A DNA stretch of 64,000 nt from an uncultured virus (IMG/VR IMGVR_UViG_3300023687_000086) (lineage: Duplodnaviria; Heunggongvirae; Uroviricota; Caudoviricetes), in IMG/VR virus record IMGVR_UViG_3300023687_000086; one strand, 5' to 3'. This document shows positions 20,770 to 30,691 of the stretch, piece after piece. Made by a program: the position numbers and the translations under genes. Under the pieces are notes generated by a model. The model was given only the letters and a program-made list of their open reading frames with translations, made no database searches and was not told the origin of the DNA. The first letter of the stretch is position 1, and each line of letters begins with the position of its first letter.

Positions 20770-21036
20770 AGGTTCTTTAACTTAAATCCTTTTCTTAGAG
20801 CACCTGTTCAGATGCTCTGTTTGTCATGCAGTTTTCAAGGTACTGATTGAGGCTTAAGCCTGCCTCCAGGCTATCTAAAACATCTCATAATGCTTTATTC
20901 AAAAATCGATGTTTTGCTATTGACTTTTAATAGTTAGTCTCCTCGTTCATTAACTCAAATATTATAGTTTCGAGTTAAATATGGTTATTATGTATAAAAA
21001 CAAAAAAAATAAGCCACCTAAGGTAGCTTATTTTCA

Positions 21037-21411
21037 TTAGCCATAAATAACTCGACTATTCTTGGATTCTTTCACAAGCTCATTTGCCCGTTCGTTCTTC
21101 GGCTCAAACTTGTGCTCCAGTAACCAATGCACGGATAAGCGTGACGGGAATGATGATACTAAACCATTTACATCATTGATATGATACAAAGTTCTTGTAA
21201 ACATGGCACTGTCCATGGTTCCACCCACGATAATCTGATAATAATGCTTATCATCATTCGGAGTAACCGTACCCTTTTCTTCCATTTCAGCGTAGGAATC
21301 AAAGTCTCGAGGCAACACAAAAATTTGAACATCAACCCTTCTTAAATTAAGGTGCGGCTTGGATGAATAAAATACCTGGTACGTGTCTGATTGGAATGTC
21401 TTATACAACAT
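21037..21411 (-). CDS. Hypothetical protein
   Basis: ORF overlapping upstream stop, RBS AAGGAG. Confidence 0.55.
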   Translation of the reverse strand: MLYKTFQSDTYQVFYSSKPHLNLRRVDVQIFVLPRDFDSYAEMEEKGTVTPNDDKHYYQIIVGGTMDSAMFTRTLYHINDVNGLVSSFPSRLSVHWLLEHKFEPKNERANELVKESKNSRVIYG

Positions 21412-22102
21412 TGGCCTTTTTCTCCTTCTTCTCCAAATACTCATGGATTCGATGTAACGTATCGATCTGCTTTGGTTCATATGCATCCGGACAATCACTT
21501 ATGACGTCCATAATGTATTCATACCAATCATTGCAGCCTTCCAAAGCATCCTTGTAGTACATAGTTGCGCCGCCGAATGTAGTCATAATGTACTCATATG
21601 GCTTCCCATCGCCATCAACCAGAATCCCGTATCGGCTTCCGATATCCTTTAATAGCTCTCGTCCTCTCGCGTACAAATAGGTACTGTATTCGAAACTATC
21701 CAAGATCCATACACCTTCTTGCTTACGAACATCGTAGCGATATACCATGCCTGGCCCAGTCACTTTGTCTTCATAATCCATTGGCAACATCCCCTTCGGT
21801 CGTACACCAACCATTAAATCTCTCACCTGAACATCAGATAAATTCGGCATCTTATGCTCGAATGGACATTTACGGTTCCAAGCCTCATGATGTTCGTTTA
21901 CTTCGCCAACCACTGTAGCCTGGTCTAAATCGGTATCCATTGAGATTTCCGGATAAACCGTAAGGTAGCCTATCTCTGTATAGCATAATGGACACTTGAT
22001 ATCGCCTGCCCCAGTACCGGTACCAAATAGCGGTTTAAAATCACCTATCACGTCTTTTCGAACCTGAGAAATTGGTGTCGGGCTCTTATACTTAACTTTC
22101 AT
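21401..22102 (-). CDS. Hypothetical CxxC protein, paralog of 37771-38628
   Basis: GDFKPLFGTGTGAGDIKCPLC...WNRKCP. Confidence 0.65.
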   Translation of the reverse strand: MKVKYKSPTPISQVRKDVIGDFKPLFGTGTGAGDIKCPLCYTEIGYLTVYPEISMDTDLDQATVVGEVNEHHEAWNRKCPFEHKMPNLSDVQVRDLMVGVRPKGMLPMDYEDKVTGPGMVYRYDVRKQEGVWILDSFEYSTYLYARGRELLKDIGSRYGILVDGDGKPYEYIMTTFGGATMYYKDALEGCNDWYEYIMDVISDCPDAYEPKQIDTLHRIHEYLEKKEKKANVV

Positions 22103-22249
22103 GTCTATTCTCCTTTCAATATGACATAGTTTCTAATATTCGTTCTTAAATATGGTCCGAAAAACAAATTTACAAATTGTCATTCCAACTTTTGTACCCA
22201 TATTTATATCGAATATATGAATTAGCAACTCATGAAAGGAGAATACATT

Positions 22250-22819
22250 ATGGACGAGTTACTAAAAGGCATCACTTCTGATACCAAGATCTATTTCGAT
22301 ATGGATGGTGTCATTGCTAAGTGGAACGAAAATGCGACTCTAGAAGAAGTTGGGGCCGAAGGTTATTTCCTTGGACGCGAATTGGAAGAGAACGTATACT
22401 TACTTATCCGGAAGCTCAAAGATATGCACTTTGACGTATCTATTTTAACTGCCGTTTATTCGAACGGATATGCAGAACGTGAAAAGCGTGAATGGGCAAA
22501 TCGATGCGGTCTTGCTGACGTAGACATCATCTTTGTTCCATATGGTGAATCAAAGTTCGACTATGTCGATACTACAAGAGGAACTAAGATCCTGGTGGAC
22601 GATTTTAAGAAGAACCTTATTGAGTGGCGCCAAAATGGTGGAATCTCTATTAAATTCTTCAACGGAATCAATAACCGGCCAAGAATGACATTCGATGACA
22701 CCGGCGTTGGACATTTGGTTCAGGATTCGTGGAACGGACCGGCAATCGACCATAGACAGAGTGTCAAATGCATGGCTTCTGTTATTATGGGACAGATTAT
22801 GGCTCAGAAGATTGCGTAA
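22250..22819 (+). CDS. HAD-family 5(3)-deoxyribonucleotidase-like protein
   Basis: YFDMDGVIA, ILTA, K..., LVDD..KNL.EW..NGG; plus-strand class-1 motif at 22198. Confidence 0.75.
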   Translation: MDELLKGITSDTKIYFDMDGVIAKWNENATLEEVGAEGYFLGRELEENVYLLIRKLKDMHFDVSILTAVYSNGYAEREKREWANRCGLADVDIIFVPYGESKFDYVDTTRGTKILVDDFKKNLIEWRQNGGISIKFFNGINNRPRMTFDDTGVGHLVQDSWNGPAIDHRQSVKCMASVIMGQIMAQKIA

Positions 22820-23023
22820 CAAAAAGAAAGACGTACCGCAAATTACGGTGCGTCTTTTTGTTTTTCTAGGAATTTAGGCTTCCAGTGTAGATTTTCGTTC
22901 ATAGCATAGATGAACCAACATACAGGCACGACTAATAAGATTGGGTAATTTTCGGATATATGGAATTGGATGTGGGCTAATTGCATTCCGATTCCTTACA
23001 CCCTAATGGTTCTTATTCTCATT

Positions 23024-23197
23024 TTAAAACTCCCATTTGCTAAAACAATACGTTATCAGTAGTATACCGACACAACAGGCGGCCGCCATACAAAGTAGTA
23101 TGATAAATATTATCATTAACTTCGTCTTTTTATATTTTCTACTCAATATTATTCCTACGGCAAATATGATTGCCAGTAATAAACAAATCCAAAACAT
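23024..23197 (-). CDS. Small two-TM membrane protein (57 aa)
   Basis: MFWICLLLAIIFAVGIIL..., RBS AGGAGG, class-1 motif at 23230. Confidence 0.5.
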   Translation of the reverse strand: MFWICLLLAIIFAVGIILSRKYKKTKLMIIFIILLCMAAACCVGILLITYCFSKWEF

Positions 23198-23319
23198 TAT
23201 TTACCAAATCCTCCTGTAAAAGATATTTCTTAAATATGAGCCAAATTTTGAGTAATAAAAAAACGAACCACATAGAGTGGTCCGTCTTTCTGTCCGTTAA
23301 AGTAGAAATCAATATCAAA

Positions 23320-23490
23320 TTAATTGCTCTCTTTCTTTGCCTTTTCAGCCTCCCATGCTTCTCTTGCAAGCTGTTCTTCATACTGTTCTCTAGCGAGCTC
23401 CTCTTCAAATTCGTCCCTGGCTAAAGCCTCTAAATGGTTGTACTCGGCTATAGAAACATAGTCACCTGCTGCCAACATTTCTTGAAACAT
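23320..23490 (-). CDS. Small acidic coiled-coil protein (56 aa)
   Basis: TAATG coupling to upstream gene; MFQEMLAAGDYVSIAEY... Confidence 0.5.
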   Translation of the reverse strand: MFQEMLAAGDYVSIAEYNHLEALARDEFEEELAREQYEEQLAREAWEAEKAKKESN

Positions 23491-23771
23491 TACTTCGGCA
23501 CCTCGTCATTTCTATGGTTGTATGATGCGTTCCAGTGTTCCTTTTCAATACCCATATGAGTTGTTTTACTGGTCGATATTTGAACAAATTGCTTTGCAAT
23601 TCCATATTCTGGCTCTTCAACAACAATCTCTGGGAACACAGCCATAGCAATGTCGCCAACAGTGGCAGTGTCACTGATCAGCTGCAGTGCATCTTTTAAA
23701 CATGATTCGCTAGAAAGCTTCGCACAGCCGGATGGGCTGTATAACTGGCACAATTCACATACATTCTTCAT
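23490..23771 (-). CDS. Hypothetical Cys-rich protein
   Basis: TAATG-coupled operon member. Confidence 0.6.
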   Translation of the reverse strand: MKNVCELCQLYSPSGCAKLSSESCLKDALQLISDTATVGDIAMAVFPEIVVEEPEYGIAKQFVQISTSKTTHMGIEKEHWNASYNHRNDEVPK

Positions 23772-24139
23772 TACTCGTTACCTTCCTTTACGTCTAATTC
23801 GAATGGATTCTCCGGCATCGGACCATTTGGATCGTACGGTTCGTTCAGCCAATCATAAAACTGTGAACTAATCCATACCTTATGTGCACCCTTAATAATA
23901 AGTGTCCATTGAGCATGAATACCATCAAATTCCAATCTGGTTCCAGGGAATAGAGCTTTAAGAAAATCAAGGTTTGTCTCACACTTTACCGTCATACTGT
24001 CGATGGCGCCGTAAATGTTTTCTGCAAGGTTCTTATCAACCTGGCAACCACCATCACAACCGGTATCGCTACGCATCGGATTTGTACAAATGGTACATTC
24101 TACCGCATTATCTATACAACTATCATTGATAATTCTCAT
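23771..24139 (-). CDS. Hypothetical Cys-rich phage-like protein
   Basis: CTIC...GCDGGC, TNLDFLK, WLNEPY; TAATG coupling. Confidence 0.6.
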   Translation of the reverse strand: MRIINDSCIDNAVECTICTNPMRSDTGCDGGCQVDKNLAENIYGAIDSMTVKCETNLDFLKALFPGTRLEFDGIHAQWTLIIKGAHKVWISSQFYDWLNEPYDPNGPMPENPFELDVKEGNE

Positions 24140-24741
24140 TACTTATTACCTCCGCTATAAATAACCTCGGTTCCAACCTCGTTATCATTCAAATCGTAAC
24201 GAATTTCAACAACCTCCGTATAAACGGATGGATCAAGTCCAACATGTACTGCAGCGGAAATGGCTTCGGCTCTTGATTTGAATACGTCCAACTGACGTTC
24301 AAAAGAATTATCACTTGCGTTACGGATCTGTACTGCGTATTCGCGCTTTTCATCCAGTAACATAGACCAAGAACGGTTGAAAGCATCATGCTTTGATGTA
24401 AGGTCATCAAGAACCTTTCTCTTCTCCGAGATACTATCTCTATACTTTTCATCAAAGATTTCGAATGCTCGTTGTTTATTCGGCTCTAACAAGATACAAA
24501 TCATCGTTGTAAGACCGCCGTACGTAGATAATTCCTTACCAATACTAGACTTTGCGATTTGAGATGTATACAGGCCATCAAATGATACGGATTTCCCTTC
24601 TTTCTTCTCTGCAATGTATAGCTTCGGCGTTTCTCTACACTGGTACTCATTCACTGTGAGCGTTGTGCCCTTATAAGATCCGCCGGTAATTTCCTGCTTT
24701 AGGACATACTCGTATAAAGTTACGATTTTCTGCTCTGCCAT
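24139..24741 (-). CDS. Hypothetical protein
   Basis: 200-aa ORF, TAATG coupling. Confidence 0.6.
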   Translation of the reverse strand: MAEQKIVTLYEYVLKQEITGGSYKGTTLTVNEYQCRETPKLYIAEKKEGKSVSFDGLYTSQIAKSSIGKELSTYGGLTTMICILLEPNKQRAFEIFDEKYRDSISEKRKVLDDLTSKHDAFNRSWSMLLDEKREYAVQIRNASDNSFERQLDVFKSRAEAISAAVHVGLDPSVYTEVVEIRYDLNDNEVGTEVIYSGGNK

Positions 24742-25055
24742 TATGCATTCACCTCCGGTCCAAAAGTATAGTCCGGATCACAAGTTAGATCCTTGGTCAT
24801 AATAAAACCAGCTTGCATATCTGGCATTTCTCTTAGAACCGACACAAACGTATCAATATAGTCGTTTGCGATGTCGATACAAATCTCATCATTGCTTACA
24901 CTAACTTCAATTATATCGAATCGTTCTTCAGAGAATGAATAGCAACTCTCATTTTCGAGATAACGTTTAACCTTACTAAAATCTCTTCCGTTGCTAAATT
25001 TAAGAATGTATGGAGTTGATGCAATCTCAACTACTCTTTTCTGTTCTACTATCAT
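24741..25055 (-). CDS. Hypothetical protein
   Basis: RBS GAAAGGAG before ATG 25055. Confidence 0.6.
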   Translation of the reverse strand: MIVEQKRVVEIASTPYILKFSNGRDFSKVKRYLENESCYSFSEERFDIIEVSVSNDEICIDIANDYIDTFVSVLREMPDMQAGFIMTKDLTCDPDYTFGPEVNA

Positions 25056-25097
25056 ATTTGTTCTCCTTTCATTGATAGCAATATTGTTGTTTCGTCT

Positions 25098-25155
25098 TAA
25101 ATATGGCCCAAATAAAAGGGCAATAAAAAAGAAGCCCATATTATGAGCCTCTTTT
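25098..25155. repeat. Direct repeat copy A (class-1 motif + terminator) flanking hipA-like gene
   Basis: TAAATATGGCCCAAATAAAAGGGCAATAAAAAAGAAGCCCATATTATGAGCCTCTTTT; 2 mismatches and 1 indel versus 26435-26493. Confidence 0.85.
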
Positions 25156-25168
25156 ATCCTTGATATAA

Positions 25169-26347
25169 TTATCGATTATCACCAATATCAAAATTATCCA
25201 TCGCGTCAGACGGATCTTTTCTTTCGTTCGGATAATCATTAACAGGAAACAAATCTTTTTCCAATGCAATTTCTTTCTCGAGCGAATTAATTCGTTCTTG
25301 TACGTATTCACCGTATTGATAATCACATAAATCAAGCGCTTTTACGCGTTGCATTAAATCGTCATCTTTTTTCAGTATTTCTTTGCACGCCTCAAACAAT
25401 CTTGCTTGTCGGCCGATAAGTAAGTACGGCTGACATATTGCCCCATCATTCGCTTCAAATGCATGATCAAAATCATAGATGGGCGATAATGCGATTGGTC
25501 TCAACTGATCCAACTGGCAAGTGTAAGTTACGCCCCAGTTTTTAGCATGCCTATCGACATTTCCAACCAAGCAATCAGTGACAACCATTTGATTCAGCTG
25601 CTTTCTATAAATAGTCTCTAGGTCTATACCAAAGTTACCGTCATGGTTCATCTGATAGATGCTATAATAATCAGCTTTTACCATGTTAAGAGTTTCGTTT
25701 GTAAAGCATTTACACTTCGACACCTCTTTACCAGATACCGTATCCCTTTCGTATAATACAACAGCGTCACCGAAAAGCTGTCTTGCTATGCTTGAAGCTT
25801 CCACTTCTCTCGTAACCGAATTGTGTTCGTTGTCAGCTTTTAATAAATAAAAATCTTTTCCATCTCGGAGCCAAGCTTTAGCTGCTTTCCCATCGGTATT
25901 TATATCTGGTGATATAGAATCTCGGTTAATTGTAAATCCTTTTCCAATAAGCGGGACCTCAAATACAGCTCCATTAAGACTATTCTTAAAAAGGTTCGCA
26001 TCTTTCCACTCAATCGGGTCACCTTTTTCTCGTACCCAAAAACAATCGTTTAATGATAATGCTCGTGTGGCAATTCCTATCTGTGCACGCTCTTGAAAAG
26101 TTCTTGCATTATCGAAATTGTAATAAGCTAATAGCTCTTTTGCATATTTACGGTCTACAGGGATAATACGTTCGCTACACCAAGTCTTAAAATTAACGAG
26201 ATTGTTAACTCGGTCATCTATATCGTCGCTTTCTTCCACATAAATATCCATTGGTATGATATTAGGATTCTTTACAGAAACATCGCCGCCGTCTGTTATG
26301 GAAAACGCAATATCATTGCGATACAAAACCTCATATACTTTTCCCAT
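25169..26347 (-). CDS. HipA/CtkA-like Ser/Thr kinase
   Basis: TDGKAAKAW, LLKA, DCLVGNVDRHAKNWG, LSPIYDFDHAF. Confidence 0.75.
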   Translation of the reverse strand: MGKVYEVLYRNDIAFSITDGGDVSVKNPNIIPMDIYVEESDDIDDRVNNLVNFKTWCSERIIPVDRKYAKELLAYYNFDNARTFQERAQIGIATRALSLNDCFWVREKGDPIEWKDANLFKNSLNGAVFEVPLIGKGFTINRDSISPDINTDGKAAKAWLRDGKDFYLLKADNEHNSVTREVEASSIARQLFGDAVVLYERDTVSGKEVSKCKCFTNETLNMVKADYYSIYQMNHDGNFGIDLETIYRKQLNQMVVTDCLVGNVDRHAKNWGVTYTCQLDQLRPIALSPIYDFDHAFEANDGAICQPYLLIGRQARLFEACKEILKKDDDLMQRVKALDLCDYQYGEYVQERINSLEKEIALEKDLFPVNDYPNERKDPSDAMDNFDIGDNR

Positions 26348-26434
26348 ACAGCACTCCTTCCTGACTAAATGTCTAGTTGTTTTATATTATACTGTTTTCG
26401 TGGTTGATTACACAAATATTAATAACTGCATCCA

Positions 26435-26493
26435 TAAATATGGCCCAAATAAAAGGACAATAAAAAAAGAAGCCCATATCATGAGCCTCTTTT
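26435..26493. repeat. Direct repeat copy B
   Basis: Near-identical to 25098-25155. Confidence 0.85.
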
Positions 26494-26497
26494 TTGG

Positions 26498-26872
26498 TTA
26501 GTTAAATGTCCATCCCCAATCAGATGGGTCATTTTCAGGGCACGGTTCATTCGGATCCTCATGAGCCATTGACCATTCTTCTGGGTCGATTGCAAAAGTA
26601 ATCGATTTTCCCGGTCCGTTTAATTCCGGAATCGCCGTCTGTGTAAAGAATGTTCCAGCACTATTACACAGAACGTAATCAGAATTTAATGTTACGAAAA
26701 TACCACAGCCATCATCATCGTGCCGGATATCATACGCATGCCATCCATCCGGAAGCGTGTTACGGTCTAATTTCGGGTCGCAATAATAACCATCATATAC
26801 ACGGCCGTCTGGTGATGTAACCGACATCGGCTGTGGGTTGTTCATTGCTTGTTCATAAAATTGTGATGCCAT
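26498..26872 (-). CDS. LPD28-like (large polyvalent protein-associated domain) protein
   Basis: LDRNTLPDGWHAYDIRHDDDG...VLCNSAGTF. Confidence 0.6.
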   Translation of the reverse strand: MASQFYEQAMNNPQPMSVTSPDGRVYDGYYCDPKLDRNTLPDGWHAYDIRHDDDGCGIFVTLNSDYVLCNSAGTFFTQTAIPELNGPGKSITFAIDPEEWSMAHEDPNEPCPENDPSDWGWTFN

Positions 26873-27154
26873 ATTCGTTATCTCCTTTCGCTGGCAATAT
26901 ATTAGTTCGTATTAAATATGGTTCAGACAAAAGAATGACAAAAAAAACAAGCACCTCATCACGAGATGCCTGTCTATGGTTGTTACGATTTCTACGATTC
27001 ATTACTAGACATATTTTTGGTTAGATTACATAGTGTCCGCCGGGCTTCAATGGACACTTCTTGTCACGGTAATATTCTTTGATCTCATTACCAAGTCCAT
27101 CATGAAGTACGTTTTCATACGAAATAGCCGCATCGAATACACTGTCACCATGAA

Positions 27155-27379
27155 TCAATTTGCAAAAATCAATTCGTGTCGTGCGTTTCCATCCTGCACA
27201 CATTCTCGTGCTGGACACCGAACACAACTGTCAGGTATCTCGAATGTTTGTGACGGGATTGGACGATATGATATAGTAACCACATTTCCAGCAGGCGCGT
27301 TACATTTTGCACTTGCGGTGCTTACATGCTTTTGCTCCTGTTTCAAAGATGCCATATATCGTTCCTTTCTATCGCTCAT
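27155..27379 (-). CDS. Small hypothetical protein with CxxC
   Basis: Directly follows ligA; RBS GGAGG. Confidence 0.4.
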   Translation of the reverse strand: MSDRKERYMASLKQEQKHVSTASAKCNAPAGNVVTISYRPIPSQTFEIPDSCVRCPARECVQDGNARHELIFAN

Positions 27380-27380
27380 A

Positions 27381-29609
27381 TTATGCCTCCAGGCCAGCGA
27401 GCTTACGATACTCGGCCTCTGAAATGATTTTAACACCAATCTCCTTGGCCTTCTTATTCTTTCCGGAATTCGACTCGGTATCATTATTGATCAAATAATC
27501 CGTCTTAGAAGACACGGAACCAGATACTTTGCCGCCCAAAGACTCGATTTCTTTTTCAAGGATAGAACGCGGCTTATAGTGTTCAAATGAACCGGTTACT
27601 ACAAAAGTAAGACCATTTAAGCACATCGCCTCGGCCGCAGCAGCAGCATCGATTTCGAATTCGTCTTCTTCTTGATCAAATACCAAAGAATTAAACAAGA
27701 ACCCGTACCAGTTCTTCCAATAAGAATCCATCTTCGCGCTTTCTAACCAGCCAGTTAAATTCGCAACCAACTGCTGGCCGAATCCTTCGATACGAATAAA
27801 TTCGTAACCGTTCTCATAAGCGTAGAATAGAACCTCCATCAAAGATACGTGGCGTTCTTTAGTTCCATAATAGGCTTTCGCTCCATCATCCTCTCGTACG
27901 TACTGAATCATAGCAGCCTTTAACAGCTTTGCCTGACCATGTCCGATGCCAGAGATGCCTAAAGATGCTAGGAAACGAATAAATGTGGTATGACGAGACT
28001 TATTAATCGACTCAACCAAGTTCTTCACACTCTTGTTACTCCAACCCTGCTGCTTAGATAACGGAATTGTCTCGTTCTCATTATCAGCATAGATGTCGTT
28101 CTGGAACTCATAATCATTTGCACGCTCGTATAAAGTAGATGGATCATAAATATTGATATATCCACGAGTATTCAAATAACGAATCGTCTCCTCAGATAAG
28201 CCATCAATGTTCATCTGATTACGGCCCACAAAATAAACCATCTGCTGGATAGCACGTTCATCACAATTCTCATTGGAACAGTACACGTCTACACTTCCAT
28301 GGTCTTCGACACGGCTTCCACAGAACGGACAAACTTCCGGTGCCTGGTAAATCTTCTCTGGCTCACGGAAAATGGTATCTGTAAGCTTTGGAATGATCTC
28401 TCCGGACTTAATAATTCCGTACACACCACCGATTCCGATATGATGTTCTCTGATATAGTCCATGTTATTGAGTGTTACACGGCTAACCTCGGTACCGCAC
28501 ATCTGTAACGGCATACCCGTCTCGTCATCACATACGATGCCTGTAAAGGACAATTTACCAGTACGGCCAACACCTACTTCGACACCAAGCAAACGGGCTC
28601 TCTTTTCGGTCTGTGGGTACTTGTACGCAATGTGTCCGGCGCAATACTTTGCGGTGCCAGTGAAGTCGTCTTGGTACGCAATCTCATTCACCTTAACAAC
28701 GGCGCCGTCGATGTCGTAACCAAATCTTCCGTCCTTATGCTGTTCGAACTGATCAATGATAGCATTAACAGTCTCGAAACAGTCAGCATGATAACAAAGT
28801 ACGGTATCGAACCACTTGGATAAGATCTGCATCGCATCGTACTGAGTTCTTGTAAGATTATCGAGCTTCGCATTATCTACCTTCTGAACACGGAAGATAA
28901 ACATATGTAAGCCACGTTCCTTAACAAGAGCTGCATCCTTCTGGCGTAGAGTACCAGCAGCAAGGTTACGAGGGTTCGCAGCCTTCTCTTTACCTGCTGC
29001 AACCTGAGCCTTATTATATCGCTCAAAGTCTTCGTGTTTCATGTAGATCTCACCACGAATCTGGAATTCGTCACCAAAAGTGTCATGAGGCAACACAAGT
29101 ACAGCTGGAACGCCTTCAACCTGAAGTGCATTCTCGGTAACATCTTCACCGATGAACCCATTTCCACGAGTCTCAGCTAGCACCAATCGGTACTGATCCT
29201 GGTACAATTCGTCCGGATTGCCAAGGACAGGTGTCTCTACGTACTGATAACGAAGAGTACAGGAAAGACCATCAATCTTCTCTTCTACAGTAAATGTAGC
29301 GTCTGGATGTACGGACTTTACCTTATTAACCCATTCCTTTACGGATTCCTTATCGAACTTATCCTCGATGGAAAGCATTGGGACATCGTGCTCCACCTTA
29401 GAGAACTTAGAAGAGGCAACGCCACCAATTACCTGTGTAATGGAATATGGGGTTACATATTCTGGATGCTTTGCTTCGATTGCCTTGATTTTAAGCATCA
29501 AGCTATCGTACTCTTCATCCGTAGCAGCAGGTGCATCCTGATTGTAGTACGCATCTGCCAATTTGGCAGCCTTATCTTGAAGTTCCAAATATAATTCTTT
29601 TTCTGTCAT
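27381..29609 (-). CDS. ligA: NAD-dependent DNA ligase
   Basis: EEKIDGLS, TRGNG..GEDVT, NPRNLAAGTLRQ, zinc finger, C-terminal BRCT. Confidence 0.97.
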   Translation of the reverse strand: MTEKELYLELQDKAAKLADAYYNQDAPAATDEEYDSLMLKIKAIEAKHPEYVTPYSITQVIGGVASSKFSKVEHDVPMLSIEDKFDKESVKEWVNKVKSVHPDATFTVEEKIDGLSCTLRYQYVETPVLGNPDELYQDQYRLVLAETRGNGFIGEDVTENALQVEGVPAVLVLPHDTFGDEFQIRGEIYMKHEDFERYNKAQVAAGKEKAANPRNLAAGTLRQKDAALVKERGLHMFIFRVQKVDNAKLDNLTRTQYDAMQILSKWFDTVLCYHADCFETVNAIIDQFEQHKDGRFGYDIDGAVVKVNEIAYQDDFTGTAKYCAGHIAYKYPQTEKRARLLGVEVGVGRTGKLSFTGIVCDDETGMPLQMCGTEVSRVTLNNMDYIREHHIGIGGVYGIIKSGEIIPKLTDTIFREPEKIYQAPEVCPFCGSRVEDHGSVDVYCSNENCDERAIQQMVYFVGRNQMNIDGLSEETIRYLNTRGYINIYDPSTLYERANDYEFQNDIYADNENETIPLSKQQGWSNKSVKNLVESINKSRHTTFIRFLASLGISGIGHGQAKLLKAAMIQYVREDDGAKAYYGTKERHVSLMEVLFYAYENGYEFIRIEGFGQQLVANLTGWLESAKMDSYWKNWYGFLFNSLVFDQEEDEFEIDAAAAAEAMCLNGLTFVVTGSFEHYKPRSILEKEIESLGGKVSGSVSSKTDYLINNDTESNSGKNKKAKEIGVKIISEAEYRKLAGLEA

Positions 29610-29761
29610 ATTTTAATCTCCTTTCGTATATGACTTTTTTGTTACGGATTAAATATGAATCGAAAACATAAGCACAAAAAATAGCACCATATATAATGAT
29701 GCTACCTTTCTAAATAATCGAGACCAGTCCCAGATAAAAAAAAGTTCAATATCATGCGTTT

Positions 29762-30574
29762 TCATGCTTTCCTTCCTTTCAAATGACGTTTTTCAAAACG
29801 ATACAGTATCTGCAACAGCTCATCTGGTAAACTGTTATTAACCTCTTGTTTTAGCATAAATGGTACCCTATACATAGCCTCGGCCATACTTCCGGCAATA
29901 CAAGCTACGGTATCACAATCTCCTCCCAAAGAAACAGCATTTCTGATCGTATCTTTATAATTCCGACCTTCAATAAATGCCGCAAAAGCCTGCGGGACCG
30001 TATTAGGACAATCTTCTTGGTGATAATAGTCCGGCCGGATTTCATCGCACGTTTTACTTAAATCATAATCGAATTCACTTGTTACGTACGAAAGAATCTC
30101 ATTCTTGCTATGCCCTGTTCTAGCCAGATAAATAACAGATGCAACAAATTCAGCACCCTTTATACCTTCCGGATGATTATGTGTAACCTCGGCTGTCCAC
30201 CGAGCTACTCTTCTCGTTTCTTCTATAGAGTCGTATAACCATCCGGCAGCTGATACTCTCATTGCAGAGCCATTGCCATAACTATTATATGGAACCGGAA
30301 TAGGTTCTAGTAACCAGATCCTAAATCGGCCACCACATTCTAAGTAGCAGTATTTTCTTGCAAAGTAGCGCAGCTCATATATTAAATTCTTTTTAACCAG
30401 GCTCTCTTCTGGGTGGGTACCGGAATCTAAGAGTGCTTTTGCAACAGCAAGAGATAAAACACTGTCGTCAGTATAATGTGAGAATTCGCTAAATAGCGGA
30501 AACTTCTTTGTCTTGTCGCCTCTATCAAATTCATACGGGCTACCAATAATATCGCCCAAAATTGCTCCATACAT
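29762..30574 (-). CDS. ADP-ribosylglycohydrolase (DraG/ARH family)
   Basis: GAILGDIIGSPYE, TDD, SYGNGSAMR, THNHPEG, GGDCDT. Confidence 0.92.
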   Translation of the reverse strand: MYGAILGDIIGSPYEFDRGDKTKKFPLFSEFSHYTDDSVLSLAVAKALLDSGTHPEESLVKKNLIYELRYFARKYCYLECGGRFRIWLLEPIPVPYNSYGNGSAMRVSAAGWLYDSIEETRRVARWTAEVTHNHPEGIKGAEFVASVIYLARTGHSKNEILSYVTSEFDYDLSKTCDEIRPDYYHQEDCPNTVPQAFAAFIEGRNYKDTIRNAVSLGGDCDTVACIAGSMAEAMYRVPFMLKQEVNNSLPDELLQILYRFEKRHLKGRKA

Positions 30575-30691
30575 ATATGAGTCCTCCTGTTCTTTTCACA
30601 TAAATATGGTTTGTGTTTTTGGAGACCTATTCGTAAAAAAAAGAAGCCCAATTATAGGCTTCTTTTACTCTGTAACGGATTGAAAGCAATG

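Larger units (their letters stand above)
19355..20941 (+). mobile_element. IS110-family insertion sequence
   Basis: TCTC core at both junctions (19351-19354, 20938-20941), no terminal IRs; removal restores RBS GAGGAG of gene 18659-19345. Confidence 0.85.
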
